NCBI GenBank assembly: GCA_043228905.1
Contig: JBHGNT010000021.1
Location: forward strand, 5,332,001 to 5,396,000
Direction: 5' to 3'
Source: Azolla caroliniana
Lineage: Eukaryota > Plantae > Polypodiophyta
DNA length: 64,000 bases
Shown here: positions 47,076 through 56,599 of the stretch, piece by piece
Layout of the letters: each line of letters begins with the position of its first letter
Position numbering within the stretch: position 1 is the first letter of the stretch
The notes under the pieces: model-generated
What the model was told of the DNA's origin: nothing
Database searches by the model: none
What the model saw: only the letters and a program-made list of their open reading frames with translations
Translations under genes and position numbers: made by a program

Positions 47076-48523
47076 AGAGGGCTGCCAAGGCATGGGGCCG
47101 AGACAGTCCGGACATTCAGGAAAGACCCCACGACTGTACGATAGGTAGGAGATTTTGCTTCTCCGACAACGGAGGGTGTATGATAGTCGGCATCGTCGGC
47201 CGAGAAAAGACAAGGGCGGAAGTGCGACTTCGAGCGTGCGGAGTTCTCGGCCCGGACGAGGAAATCAACGGAGCCGTGGAGGCGGTCTCCTTCGACGACA
47301 CCTTGGGAATGCTGGGGGAGGTAGCCGGAGAAGACCTTAATGAGGACCGGACGATACCGGTATGTTCCGAAGAGATGTACGGAGTCATCGCGGACTTCAG
47401 CCAGGGGCTCGGGTCGGATCGGACAGCCCGAGTTAGCACGAAGTACAAGACTGTGGACCAGTAGGTAAGACCAGTCGCGGCACCCTTGCCGGAGGGCAGC
47501 GAGTCCCGAATCAGAGGGGTGGCGTTGGACCCCAGTTTACGAGATCCGGCCTGCATAGGACACACCTTCACCGACAGGACGCTCCGGGAGCTCAAGATCG
47601 GTGGGGGCGGGTTCCTACTGCCGGCGGAGGAAGACCGGTTTCGGAGAATGCTCGGAAGGCACGGGAAAGCCTTCGCATTCTCGCCTGAAGAGATCGGGTG
47701 CGTAGACCCGACAATCGTGGAGCCGATGGTGATATTCACGGTACCGCATGTGCCGTGGAATCTCAAGCCGATTCCGGTACCAAGAGCTCACATCCCGAAG
47801 TTGATGGAGCTATTGAGGCAAAAAGTCGATATGGGCATTCTCGAACCGTCGAGTGCCGCATACTCGAACCGATGGTTTACAGTACCAAAGAAAAACGGAA
47901 CAATGCGCTTCATTCAGGACTTGCAGCCGGTCAACAGAGTGACTATTCGGAACGCAAGAATCGGACTGACAATAGACGAGTTCGTAGAGGCCTTCGCCGG
48001 AAGGTCGATTTACTCGGTCAGTGATCTGTACTCGGGGTACGACCAGTTCCAGCTAGCCGTGGAGAGCAGAGACATTACGACGATGCGAACTCCCCTCGGC
48101 CTAGTGCGAATGTGTACCCTGCCACAAGGAGGGACCAACTCGGTAGCCCACATGGTGAATGCAATGAACAAGGTACTGAGGGATTGCATCCCGGACATCA
48201 CCATGCCGTTTCTAGACGACATCCCGATCAAGGGGTGCCCGGTGGAGGAGAAGGACGAGACAGTCGGGCCGGACGGATGCCGGCGATTCGTGGCGAAACA
48301 TATCGACGACTGCGAGAAGGTGCTACAAAGGCTAGAGGATGCGAGGCTCACTTTCTCCAGGGAGAAATCGGCCTTCGGGCAGTCGGAAATCCTGGTAGTC
48401 GGACACCTATGTGGGCCATATGGCCGGAAGCCGTCTCCGGCAAAGGTAGAAGCCATCTCCGCGATGAAGACCGACTGTAGCTCGGTTACGGAAGTTCGGA
48501 GGTTCCTGGGGGCATGCGCATTC
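47072..48523 (+). pseudogene. Gypsy pol, RT part (-1 frame to gag-PR; stop at 47462), interrupted at FLGACAF
   Basis: RFIQDLQPVN, DLYSGYDQF, LPQGGTNS, PFLDD. Confidence 0.9.
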
Positions 48524-48876
48524 TGTCAGGAATAGTACTAAAACAGAGATGGAATTAGTACTAAGAAGAGTAGTACTATTAGTACTAAGAGGACGGGACT
48601 GCGTAAGATTCCCGAGAGAGAGGAAGTGAGAAGAGGAGAGAGAGAGAGAAAATAGGATGATGACAGCAGCTCTTATATTATATGAAAGATAAGTACAAAT
48701 CGACTAAGAGGCTTAAGACTGGTGTTGAACCAATTTGGTTCAACATAATGCTTAGTGCCTTCTTTTATAGTGTTCTCAGGAATAATCCTGAAGCTTCTAG
48801 AATGTTCCAGAGAAATCTGGAATATACATTACTTTCTTATAATAAAACATAAATGAAAATAATATTCTATGAATTA

Positions 48877-48949
48877 CAATAGATGGTGAGATGGTTAAGA
48901 GCTCGACCCATATACCATAAGGTCATGGGTTCGAGTCTTGCCATCTCAT
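48877..48949 (+). other. tRNA-like module at the U3 tip of the Tcn1-like LTR (also in the three other LTR copies)
   Basis: A-box-like TGGTGAGATGG 48884, B-box GGTTCGAGTC 48928; cloverleaf imperfect. Confidence 0.55.
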
Positions 48950-48964
48950 GACACTATCTCCCCC

Positions 48965-51900
48965 TTAAAGACGACGAGTGGAACGAGTCAGCGCTACTTG
49001 CGGACCGGGTTTGTCCGGATACTTTCGGTGGAAATCAGCAAGAAGATCTTGTGCATTGGCAACATTTTCGACGGGTTCCCAAGTACGTTCGCTCGGACTA
49101 TAACCGAGCCAATCGACCAAGTAATAGAGTTTGTTGCGAACAAGTTTGGAATCGAGGATGGCAGCAACTTCATACTCCGGGCCGGCGTCCAACTCCAGTG
49201 GGGGCGGCGGTGGTGTCACACGATCGGGAATGGTGTTTGCTTTATAAGGTTCAAGAAGAGAACAATGGAAAACCGGATGTATCTGAAGCTGCGGAGGGAG
49301 ATCAAGGCGGAAGGTGACATCATTAATCTTCCCCGTAATACGGAAAGGACCGAGTCGTCGATAATCCAACTTGTCGCACGGTCGAGTAGTCTTGATGTGA
49401 CGACGTAAGAGCCATACTCGATCTCCGATGGCAAAAGAGGAGGGAATCCGATGACGATCCGCATAAGTCTTCTGTGTGTGTTGAGCATGACGAAGGTGAG
49501 TAGAGAGATCCATCTGGATCTTGCGTAGCCTCTCCAAATGATCCTCGGCACGAGGGTTGGTAGGTAGCTCCGGAGTGTCGATCACCGACCAGCGAGGATG
49601 GAAACCGGTATAAGCGAAAAATGGGGAGACCCGAGTCGAGGAGTGAATAGCATTATTATACGCAAACTCCGCAAAGTGGAGAATCTCGGCCCAATCGTCC
49701 TGTTGATAACTCAGGAAACACCGGAGATATTGCTCCAGCGTTTGGTTTGTTCGTTCCGCCTGTCCGTCGGTCTGAGGATGGTAGCCGGAGGAGAGGTTGC
49801 AGGAGACCTTGAGCATCTTGAAGAGATGCTGCCAAAATTTGGAGACAAATTGCGGGCCTCGGTCACTGATAATACTGTCTGGGAGGCCATGATGCCGAAA
49901 AACCTCACGCATAACAAGAGCGGCGGTTTCCTCGCTAGTGATGGCTTTAGTACATGGCACAAAATGTGCCATCTTCGTATATCGATCGACGACGGTTAGG
50001 ATAGCATCGAACCCTTTCGAGACCGGCAGATCTGTGATAAAATCAAGACAAATAGACTGCCATGGCTTACTTGGAATTGGTAAAGGTTCCAACAAGCCAT
50101 ATGGATGGTGTCGTGGCATCTTTGCTCGGCAGCAAGCATCACAGGTCCGAACGTAGTCGTCGACAAAACGGCGCATGTGGGGCCACCAAAATGATCGCTG
50201 CACTAGCTCCAACGTCTTAGTACTACCGAAATGTCCCGCCGTATGGGTGTCGTGACAATGTTGGACAATTTGAAGGCGACAGGAGCAATCGGGGACATAT
50301 ACGCGCTTTTTAAAGAATAACAAACCATCATGATATTCGAATTGTCGGTAGTCAATACCTGGTTGTTGAGACTGAGAACAGGATGCCCGAGAAGTATCAA
50401 TGTGCGCCAGGATGTCTTGAGCAAAACTATCCGTCTTCAAGGTTGCACGTATGTCATCGGTAATCCGTGAATCCATCGGGGTGTGAAAAATCCGCGTCGT
50501 GTGCAATCGTGTTGGTCCCAAGATTACTTGCTTTTGATTATCAAATGTTGCTTCACCAGGACGAGGTGCAAGATATGAACGTCGTGATAGTGCATCTGCT
50601 TTTCCTTGTTGCTTCCCCGGTCGATATGTGATTTTGAAGTCGAAACGCGTGAGGAATTGCGCCCACCGAGCTTGCCGTCGATTTAGTACACGAGCGTTCT
50701 GAAAATAAGCAAGATTTTTATGATCGCTGAAGACAATGACCTGATGTGGAGAGCCCTCTAAGAAATGCCGCCATTGTACAAATGAATCCACGATGGCTAA
50801 TAACTCCTTGTCATGTATTTCGTAGTTGATTTCTGCGACATCGAATTTGCGCGAATGGAAAGCCACCGGATGCAACTCTTCTTTATCACCTTGTTGAGAA
50901 AGGATGCTACCGAGGGCGAAATCTGATGCGTCGGCCTCCATGATGAATGGTTTGCTTGTATCCACATGAGCTAGAATCGGTGCTGATGTAAAGGCTTTCT
51001 TAAGATGCCGAAAAGCCATATCTGCTTCAATGGACCAAAGAAATGCTTGGCCCTTCTTTGTAAGTTGTGTGAGAGGTAAAATAATCTTCGAGTAATCCTG
51101 TATAAACTTACGGTAGAAGTTAGCAAAACCTAGAAAACATTGTACATCTCGTACCGACCGTGGAATTTGCCACTCTAGTACAGTTTGGATCTTAGCTGGA
51201 TCCATGGCGATGCCCTTTGAGGAGATGACGTAGCCTAGAAATTCCACTTGCTTGCAGTCAAAGCTACATTTTTCTAGCTTGGCATAAAGACCATTCTCGC
51301 GGAGTCGCTTTAGTACTAATAGTACATGAGAGTCGTGCTCTTCCTGGGTCTTCGAATAAATCAACAGATCATCCAGATAAATGATCAAGCAGATGTCCAA
51401 GAGGTCTCTGAATATATCATTTGCCATGTGTTGGAAGACTGCGGGTGCATTGGTTAGGCCAAACGGCATAACAGTATACTCAAAATGCCCATACCGCGTG
51501 CGAAAAGCGGTCTTCCACTCATCTCCCGGTCGGATCCGCACGAGATTATACGCTCCGCGTAGGTCGATTTTAGTAAAAAACTTGGCACCATTAACTCGCT
51601 CTAAAAGACTTGATATAAGAGGAAGTGCATACCTATTCCGGATGGTGACTTTATTTAATCCGCGGTAATCAACGACAAGACGAAGTGAGCCATCTTTCTT
51701 CTTGACAAAGAAGATGGGTGCACCGGCCGGAGATTTCGAATGACGGATGAACCCGCTTGCCAAGTTCTCCTCTATGTAGGCTCGAAGGACTTCTAACTCG
51801 GTGGGTGACAGGTTGTAAATTGGTCCCCATGGTGGCTCGGTTCCTGGTTGTAAATCGATGGGACAGTCATAGGGACGGTGATGAGGAAGGGTACCGGCTT

Positions 51901-52546
51901 TTACCTTGTCAAATACATCGGCATAAGGATGATATTTTGCCGGAAGTTGTACTGAGGAGTCCTTCTTAGTAGTGCTGGAAGGATGTACTGATATGGAAAA
52001 TAGGAACATTGCCTCCTTGGGTCCTTCTTCGCGTAGTTGATGGAGTGAAATGGTCGAAACTCGGCGAGTTGATTCTTGGGGTGGTCGATATCGGACTTCT
52101 CTTGTTCTCCAATCTATGGCTGGATTATGTAACTCAAGCCAAGGTAATCCTAGGACAATGGGATGCTCTGGACTACTAATTATATTAAATGATATTATAC
52201 ACACAAAACTACCTAGGACAACTTGAATGGGTTCTGATTCTTCTACAATATTCCCGGAAGCAATGGGACGACCATCAATGACCACTACAGATGCGGGACA
52301 AGGAAGTTTTCTTAAGGATATCTGAGAAGCTTGGGCAAAATTTCGATCCATGAAACAGGAATTAGCTCCGGAATCTAAAAGTGCTAGGACGGGTACTGGG
52401 GGAGTACTTTTAGTACTAACAATGACTTGGGCTAGGAACACATTGCTAACTTGCTTGGAAGGAATGGAACCACTAATGGGCTGTACAGATCTAGGGCTGC
52501 TGTCCAACCAAATGGCTCCTATTTTGGCTGGACTCAATCGTTTAAC
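48965..52546 (-). CDS. Tcn1-like Pol (PR-RT-RNaseH-IN-chromodomain), intact, entered by -1 frameshift
   Basis: ALLDSGA, YLDD, EADASD/ADALSR, H..GH..C..C, SDRG, DGQAER, LGPF, chromodomain EYEV..ILD...YLVDWLGY...TWEP. Confidence 0.95.
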   Translation of the reverse strand, partial: VKRLSPAKIGAIWLDSSPRSVQPISGSIPSKQVSNVFLAQVIVSTKSTPPVPVLALLDSGANSCFMDRNFAQASQISLRKLPCPASVVVIDGRPIASGNIVEESEPIQVVLGSFVCIISFNIISSPEHPIVLGLPWLELHNPAIDWRTREVRYRPPQESTRRVSTISLHQLREEGPKEAMFLFSISVHPSSTTKKDSSVQLPAKYHPYADVFDKVKAGTLPHHRPYDCPIDLQPGTEPPWGPIYNLSPTELEVLRAYIEENLASGFIRHSKSPAGAPIFFVKKKDGSLRLVVDYRGLNKVTIRNRYALPLISSLLERVNGAKFFTKIDLRGAYNLVRIRPGDEWKTAFRTRYGHFEYTVMPFGLTNAPAVFQHMANDIFRDLLDICLIIYLDDLLIYSKTQEEHDSHVLLVLKRLRENGLYAKLEKCSFDCKQVEFLGYVISSKGIAMDPAKIQTVLEWQIPRSVRDVQCFLGFANFYRKFIQDYSKIILPLTQLTKKGQAFLWSIEADMAFRHLKKAFTSAPILAHVDTSKPFIMEADASDFALGSILSQQGDKEELHPVAFHSRKFDVAEINYEIHDKELLAIVDSFVQWRHFLEGSPHQVIVFSDHKNLAYFQNARVLNRRQARWAQFLTRFDFKITYRPGKQQGKADALSRRSYLAPRPGEATFDNQKQVILGPTRLHTTRIFHTPMDSRITDDIRATLKTDSFAQDILAHIDTSRASCSQSQQPGIDYRQFEYHDGLLFFKKRVYVPDCSCRLQIVQHCHDTHTAGHFGSTKTLELVQRSFWWPHMRRFVDDYVRTCDACCRAKMPRHHPYGLLEPLPIPSKPWQSICLDFITDLPVSKGFDAILTVVDRYTKMAHFVPCTKAITSEETAALVMREVFRHHGLPDSIISDRGPQFVSKFWQHLFKMLKVSCNLSSGYHPQTDGQAERTNQTLEQYLRCFLSYQQDDWAEILHFAEFAYNNAIHSSTRVSPFFAYTGFHPRWSVIDTPELPTNPRAEDHLERLRKIQMDLSTHLRHAQHTQKTYADRHRIPSSFAIGDRVWLLRRHIKTTRPCDKLDYRRLGPFRITGKINDVTFRLDLPPQLQIHPVFHCSLLEPYKANTIPDRVTPPPPPLELDAGPEYEVAAILDSKLVRNKLYYLVDWLGYSPSERTWEPVENVANAQDLLADFHRKYPDKPGPQVALTRSTRRL

Positions 52547-53691
52547 TCTTCATCTAATTGACTAAGGATTTCAAATTTATTTGAGATACTTGGGCTATTA
52601 GTACTATGAATACTATCTGACACTCTATTAGTACTATTACTACTATCAGACACTCCGAAGGGAAGAATTGACTCAGGTTTAGTACAGGCGACAATTTGAT
52701 TTACCTGTCTTCTTGGCCTATGGGGACAATTGATGGCGATATGTCCTGGTCCACCGCAATAAAGGCATAATCGATTGGCACGTCGTCGTTGCTTTTCTTC
52801 TTCCGATAACGGGCCGCGTCGACGCATGGTATCGATCTCCATCGGTGTCGAAGTATTTGCTTGAGGTATGTCTCGTGCAAACGGTTTAGCCGCGACTGCG
52901 GCGTAAGTGGGCTCCGGCCTAGAGCGTGGTATCTGTAATTGACGTTCTGAACGCCGTTCAAAAAGGCGGTTGTCACATCGAACTGCTCGACTGATTGCCT
53001 CCGTAAGAGACTTTGGTTCTTCGGGGAAAGTTAGAAGTAGATCTTTGACATCGTTTCGCAAGCCATAGCGAAATTGCTCCATTAGTGCTTGATCATCCCA
53101 GGGTATATCTGAAGCAAGTAGGCGGAAATCCGCCGCGTAGGCAGAGGCTGGACGATCGCCTTGACGCAATCGCCGGATCTTGTTGATCGCCGTCCTGATG
53201 CTGTCGGTGTCTCCAAAGCAGGCTTTAAACTCACCAATAAAATCTTCAAAGTTATTAAGCAAGGGCGATTGTTTTTCTAGAAGCGGAGCGAACCATGCCA
53301 AGGCTGAGCCGCTAAGTAGCGTGCCTATTAGGCCGACTCGAGATGCATCAGTGGGATATCGGGAAGGATGCATCTGGATGACTAAGCGTACCTGATTAAG
53401 GAATCCCCGAAATTGCGAACGCGTTCCATCAAATTTCACAGGAAGTCCAATCTTGGGCTCTTTATGAAATCCTTGGGGACTGGATCCTTGTTGTTGCAAC
53501 GCTGCTTCGAGTTGTTGTACCCGTAACGCTAACTCCCCATGTTGTTGTTGCGTTTGTTGTTTTTCTAGAGCGATTTGTTGCAGATCCCCTATCAGCCGTT
53601 GGTTTTCTTGTTCCAAGGCAACAAACTTTTCTTTTAGGCACTGTAGCTCGGAGAAAACGGATTGGTATTCTTGGGCGCTAACAGTAGCCAT
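52534..53691 (-). CDS. Tcn1-like Gag, intact
   Basis: 385 aa; PVKFDG, LRQG, PMEID, CLYCGGPGHIAINC. Confidence 0.95.
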   Translation of the reverse strand: MATVSAQEYQSVFSELQCLKEKFVALEQENQRLIGDLQQIALEKQQTQQQHGELALRVQQLEAALQQQGSSPQGFHKEPKIGLPVKFDGTRSQFRGFLNQVRLVIQMHPSRYPTDASRVGLIGTLLSGSALAWFAPLLEKQSPLLNNFEDFIGEFKACFGDTDSIRTAINKIRRLRQGDRPASAYAADFRLLASDIPWDDQALMEQFRYGLRNDVKDLLLTFPEEPKSLTEAISRAVRCDNRLFERRSERQLQIPRSRPEPTYAAVAAKPFARDIPQANTSTPMEIDTMRRRGPLSEEEKQRRRANRLCLYCGGPGHIAINCPHRPRRQVNQIVACTKPESILPFGVSDSSNSTNRVSDSIHSTNSPSISNKFEILSQLDEELND

Positions 53692-54515
53692 AGTATAGGG
53701 GAAAGGGTAGGAGGATGAGGGAGAGTGACAAGTAGGCTAGAGGAAAAAATTGGTTCAAACTGTCAGGAATAGTACTAAAACAGAGATGGAATTAGTACTA
53801 AGAAGAGTAGTACTATTAGTACTAAGAGGACGGGACTGCGTAAGATTCCCGAGAGAGAGGAAGTGAGAAGAGGAGAGAGAGAGAGAAAATAGGATGATGA
53901 CAGCAGCTCTTATATTATATGAAAGATAAGTACAAATCGACTAAGAGGCTTAAGACTGGTGTTGAACCAATTTGGTTCAACATAATGCTTAGTGCCTTCT
54001 TTTATAGTGTTCTCAGGAATAATCCTGAAGCTTCTAGAATGTTCCAGAGAAATCTGGAATATACATTACTTTCTTATAATAAAACATAAATGAAAATAAT
54101 ATTCTATGAATTACAATAGATGGTGAGATGGTTAAGAGCTCGACCCATATACCATAAGGTCATGGGTTCGAGTCTTGCCATCTCATGACACTACCTAGGA
54201 CAACTTGAATGGGTTCTGATTCTTCTACAATATTCCCGGAAGCAATGGGACGACCATCAATGACCACTACAGATGCGGGACAAGGAAGTTTTCTTAAGGA
54301 TATCTGAGAAGCTTGGGCAAAATTTCGATCCATGAAACAGGAATTAGCTCCGGAATCTAAAAGTGCTAGGACGGGTACTGGGGGAGTACTTTTAGTACTA
54401 ACAATGACTTGGGCTAGGAACACATTGCTAACTTGCTTGGAAGGAATGGAACCACTAATGGGCTGTACAGATCTAGGGCTGCTGTCCAACCAAATGGCTC
54501 CTATTTTGGCTGGAC

Positions 54516-55673
54516 TCAATCGTTTAACTCTTCATCTAATTGACTAAGGATTTCAAATTTATTTGAGATACTTGGGCTATTAGTACTATGAATACTATCT
54601 GACACTCTATTAGTACTATTACTACTATCAGACACTCCGAAGGGAAGAATTGACTCAGGTTTAGTACAGGCGACAATTTGATTTACCTGTCTTCTTGGCC
54701 TATGGGGACAATTGATGGCGATATGTCCTGGTCCACCGCAATAAAGGCATAATCGATTGGCACGTCGTCGTTGCTTTTCTTCTTCCGATAACGGGCCGCG
54801 TCGACGCATGGTATCGATCTCCATCGGTGTCGAAGTATTTGCTTGAGGTATGTCTCGTGCAAACGGTTTAGCCGCGACTGCGGCGTAAGTGGGCTCCGGC
54901 CTAGAGCGTGGTATCTGTAATTGACGTTCTGAACGCCGTTCAAAAAGGCGGTTGTCACATCGAACTGCTCGACTGATTGCCTCCGTAAGAGACTTTGGTT
55001 CTTCGGGGAAAGTTAGAAGTAGATCTTTGACATCGTTTCGCAAGCCATAGCGAAATTGCTCCATTAGTGCTTGATCATCCCAGGGTATATCTGAAGCAAG
55101 TAGGCGGAAATCCGCCGCGTAGGCAGAGGCTGGACGATCGCCTTGACGCAATCGCCGGATCTTGTTGATCGCCGTCCTGATGCTGTCGGTGTCTCCAAAG
55201 CAGGCTTTAAACTCACCAATAAAATCTTCAAAGTTATTAAGCAAGGGCGATTGTTTTTCTAGAAGCGGAGCGAACCATGCCAAGGCTGAGCCGCTAAGTA
55301 GCGTGCCTATTAGGCCGACTCGAGATGCATCAGTGGGATATCGGGAAGGATGCATCTGGATGACTAAGCGTACCTGATTAAGGAATCCCCGAAATTGCGA
55401 ACGCGTTCCATCAAATTTCACAGGAAGTCCAATCTTGGGCTCTTTATGAAATCCTTGGGGACTGGATCCTTGTTGTTGCAACGCTGCTTCGAGTTGTTGT
55501 ACCCGTAACGCTAACTCCCCATGTTGTTGTTGCGTTTGTTGTTTTTCTAGAGCGATTTGTTGCAGATCCCCTATCAGCCGTTGGTTTTCTTGTTCCAAGG
55601 CAACAAACTTTTCTTTTAGGCACTGTAGCTCGGAGAAAACGGATTGGTATTCTTGGGCGCTAACAGTAGCCAT
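54516..55673 (-). CDS. Identical second Gag copy; following protease truncated at 54191
   Basis: 54191-55742 duplicates 52209-53760 (offset 1982). Confidence 0.9.
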   Translation of the reverse strand: MATVSAQEYQSVFSELQCLKEKFVALEQENQRLIGDLQQIALEKQQTQQQHGELALRVQQLEAALQQQGSSPQGFHKEPKIGLPVKFDGTRSQFRGFLNQVRLVIQMHPSRYPTDASRVGLIGTLLSGSALAWFAPLLEKQSPLLNNFEDFIGEFKACFGDTDSIRTAINKIRRLRQGDRPASAYAADFRLLASDIPWDDQALMEQFRYGLRNDVKDLLLTFPEEPKSLTEAISRAVRCDNRLFERRSERQLQIPRSRPEPTYAAVAAKPFARDIPQANTSTPMEIDTMRRRGPLSEEEKQRRRANRLCLYCGGPGHIAINCPHRPRRQVNQIVACTKPESILPFGVSDSSNSTNRVSDSIHSTNSPSISNKFEILSQLDEELND

Positions 55674-56599
55674 AGTATAGGGGAAAGGGTAGGAGGATGA
55701 GGGAGAGTGACAAGTAGGCTAGAGGAAAAAATTGGTTCAAACTGTCAGGAATAGTACTAAAACAGAGATGGAATTAGTACTAAGAAGAGTAGTACTATTA
55801 GTACTAAGAGGACGGGACTGCGTAAGATTCCCGAGAGAGAGGAAGTGAGAAGAGGAGAGAGAGAGAGAAAATAGGATGATGACAGCAGCTCTTATATTAT
55901 ATGAAAGATAAGTACAAATCGACTAAGAGGCTTAAGACTGGTGTTGAACCAATTTGGTTCAACATAATGCTTAGTGCCTTCTTTTATAGTGTTCTCAGGA
56001 ATAATCCTGAAGCTTCTAGAATGTTCCAGAGAAATCTGGAATATACATTACTTTCTTATAATAAAACATAAATGAAAATAATATTCTATGAATTACAATA
56101 GATGGTGAGATGGTTAAGAGCTCGACCCATATACCATAAGGTCATGGGTTCGAGTCTTGCCATCTCATGACACTGCCTCTTAGTCGATTTGTACTTATCT
56201 TTCATATAATATAAGAGCTGCTGTCATCATCCTATTTTCTCTCTCTCTCTCCTCTTCTCACTTCCTCTCTCTCGGGAATCTTACGCAGTCCCGTCCTCTT
56301 AGTACTAATAGTACTACTCTTCTTAGTACTAATTCCATCTCTGTTTTAGTACTATTCCTGACAGTTTGAACCAATTTGGTTCAACATAATGCTTAGTGCC
56401 TTCTTTTATAGTGTTCTCAGGAATAATCCTGAAGCTTCTAGAATGTTCCAGAGAAATCTGGAATATACATTACTTTCTTATAATAAAACATAAATGAAAA
56501 TAATATTCTATGAATTACAATAGATGGTGAGATGGTTAAGAGCTCGACCCATATACCATAAGGTCATGGGTTCGAGTCTTGCCATCTCATGACACATTC

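Larger units (their letters stand above)
48524..56594 (-). mobile_element. Composite Tcn1-like chromovirus insertion: full element 48524-54190, partial second unit 54191-56172, rearranged LTR 56175-56594
   Basis: Apparently identical 430-bp LTRs at 48524-48953, 53761-54190, 55743-56172; single 5-bp TSD CATTC at 48519-48523 and 56595-56599; PPT AAGGGGGAGATAG. Confidence 0.95.

Noticed and set aside
48877-48949. Functional tRNA genes in LTRs (also 11041, 11192, 30416, 38320)
   Set aside because: Acceptor and anticodon stems do not pair; reported only as tRNA-like modules
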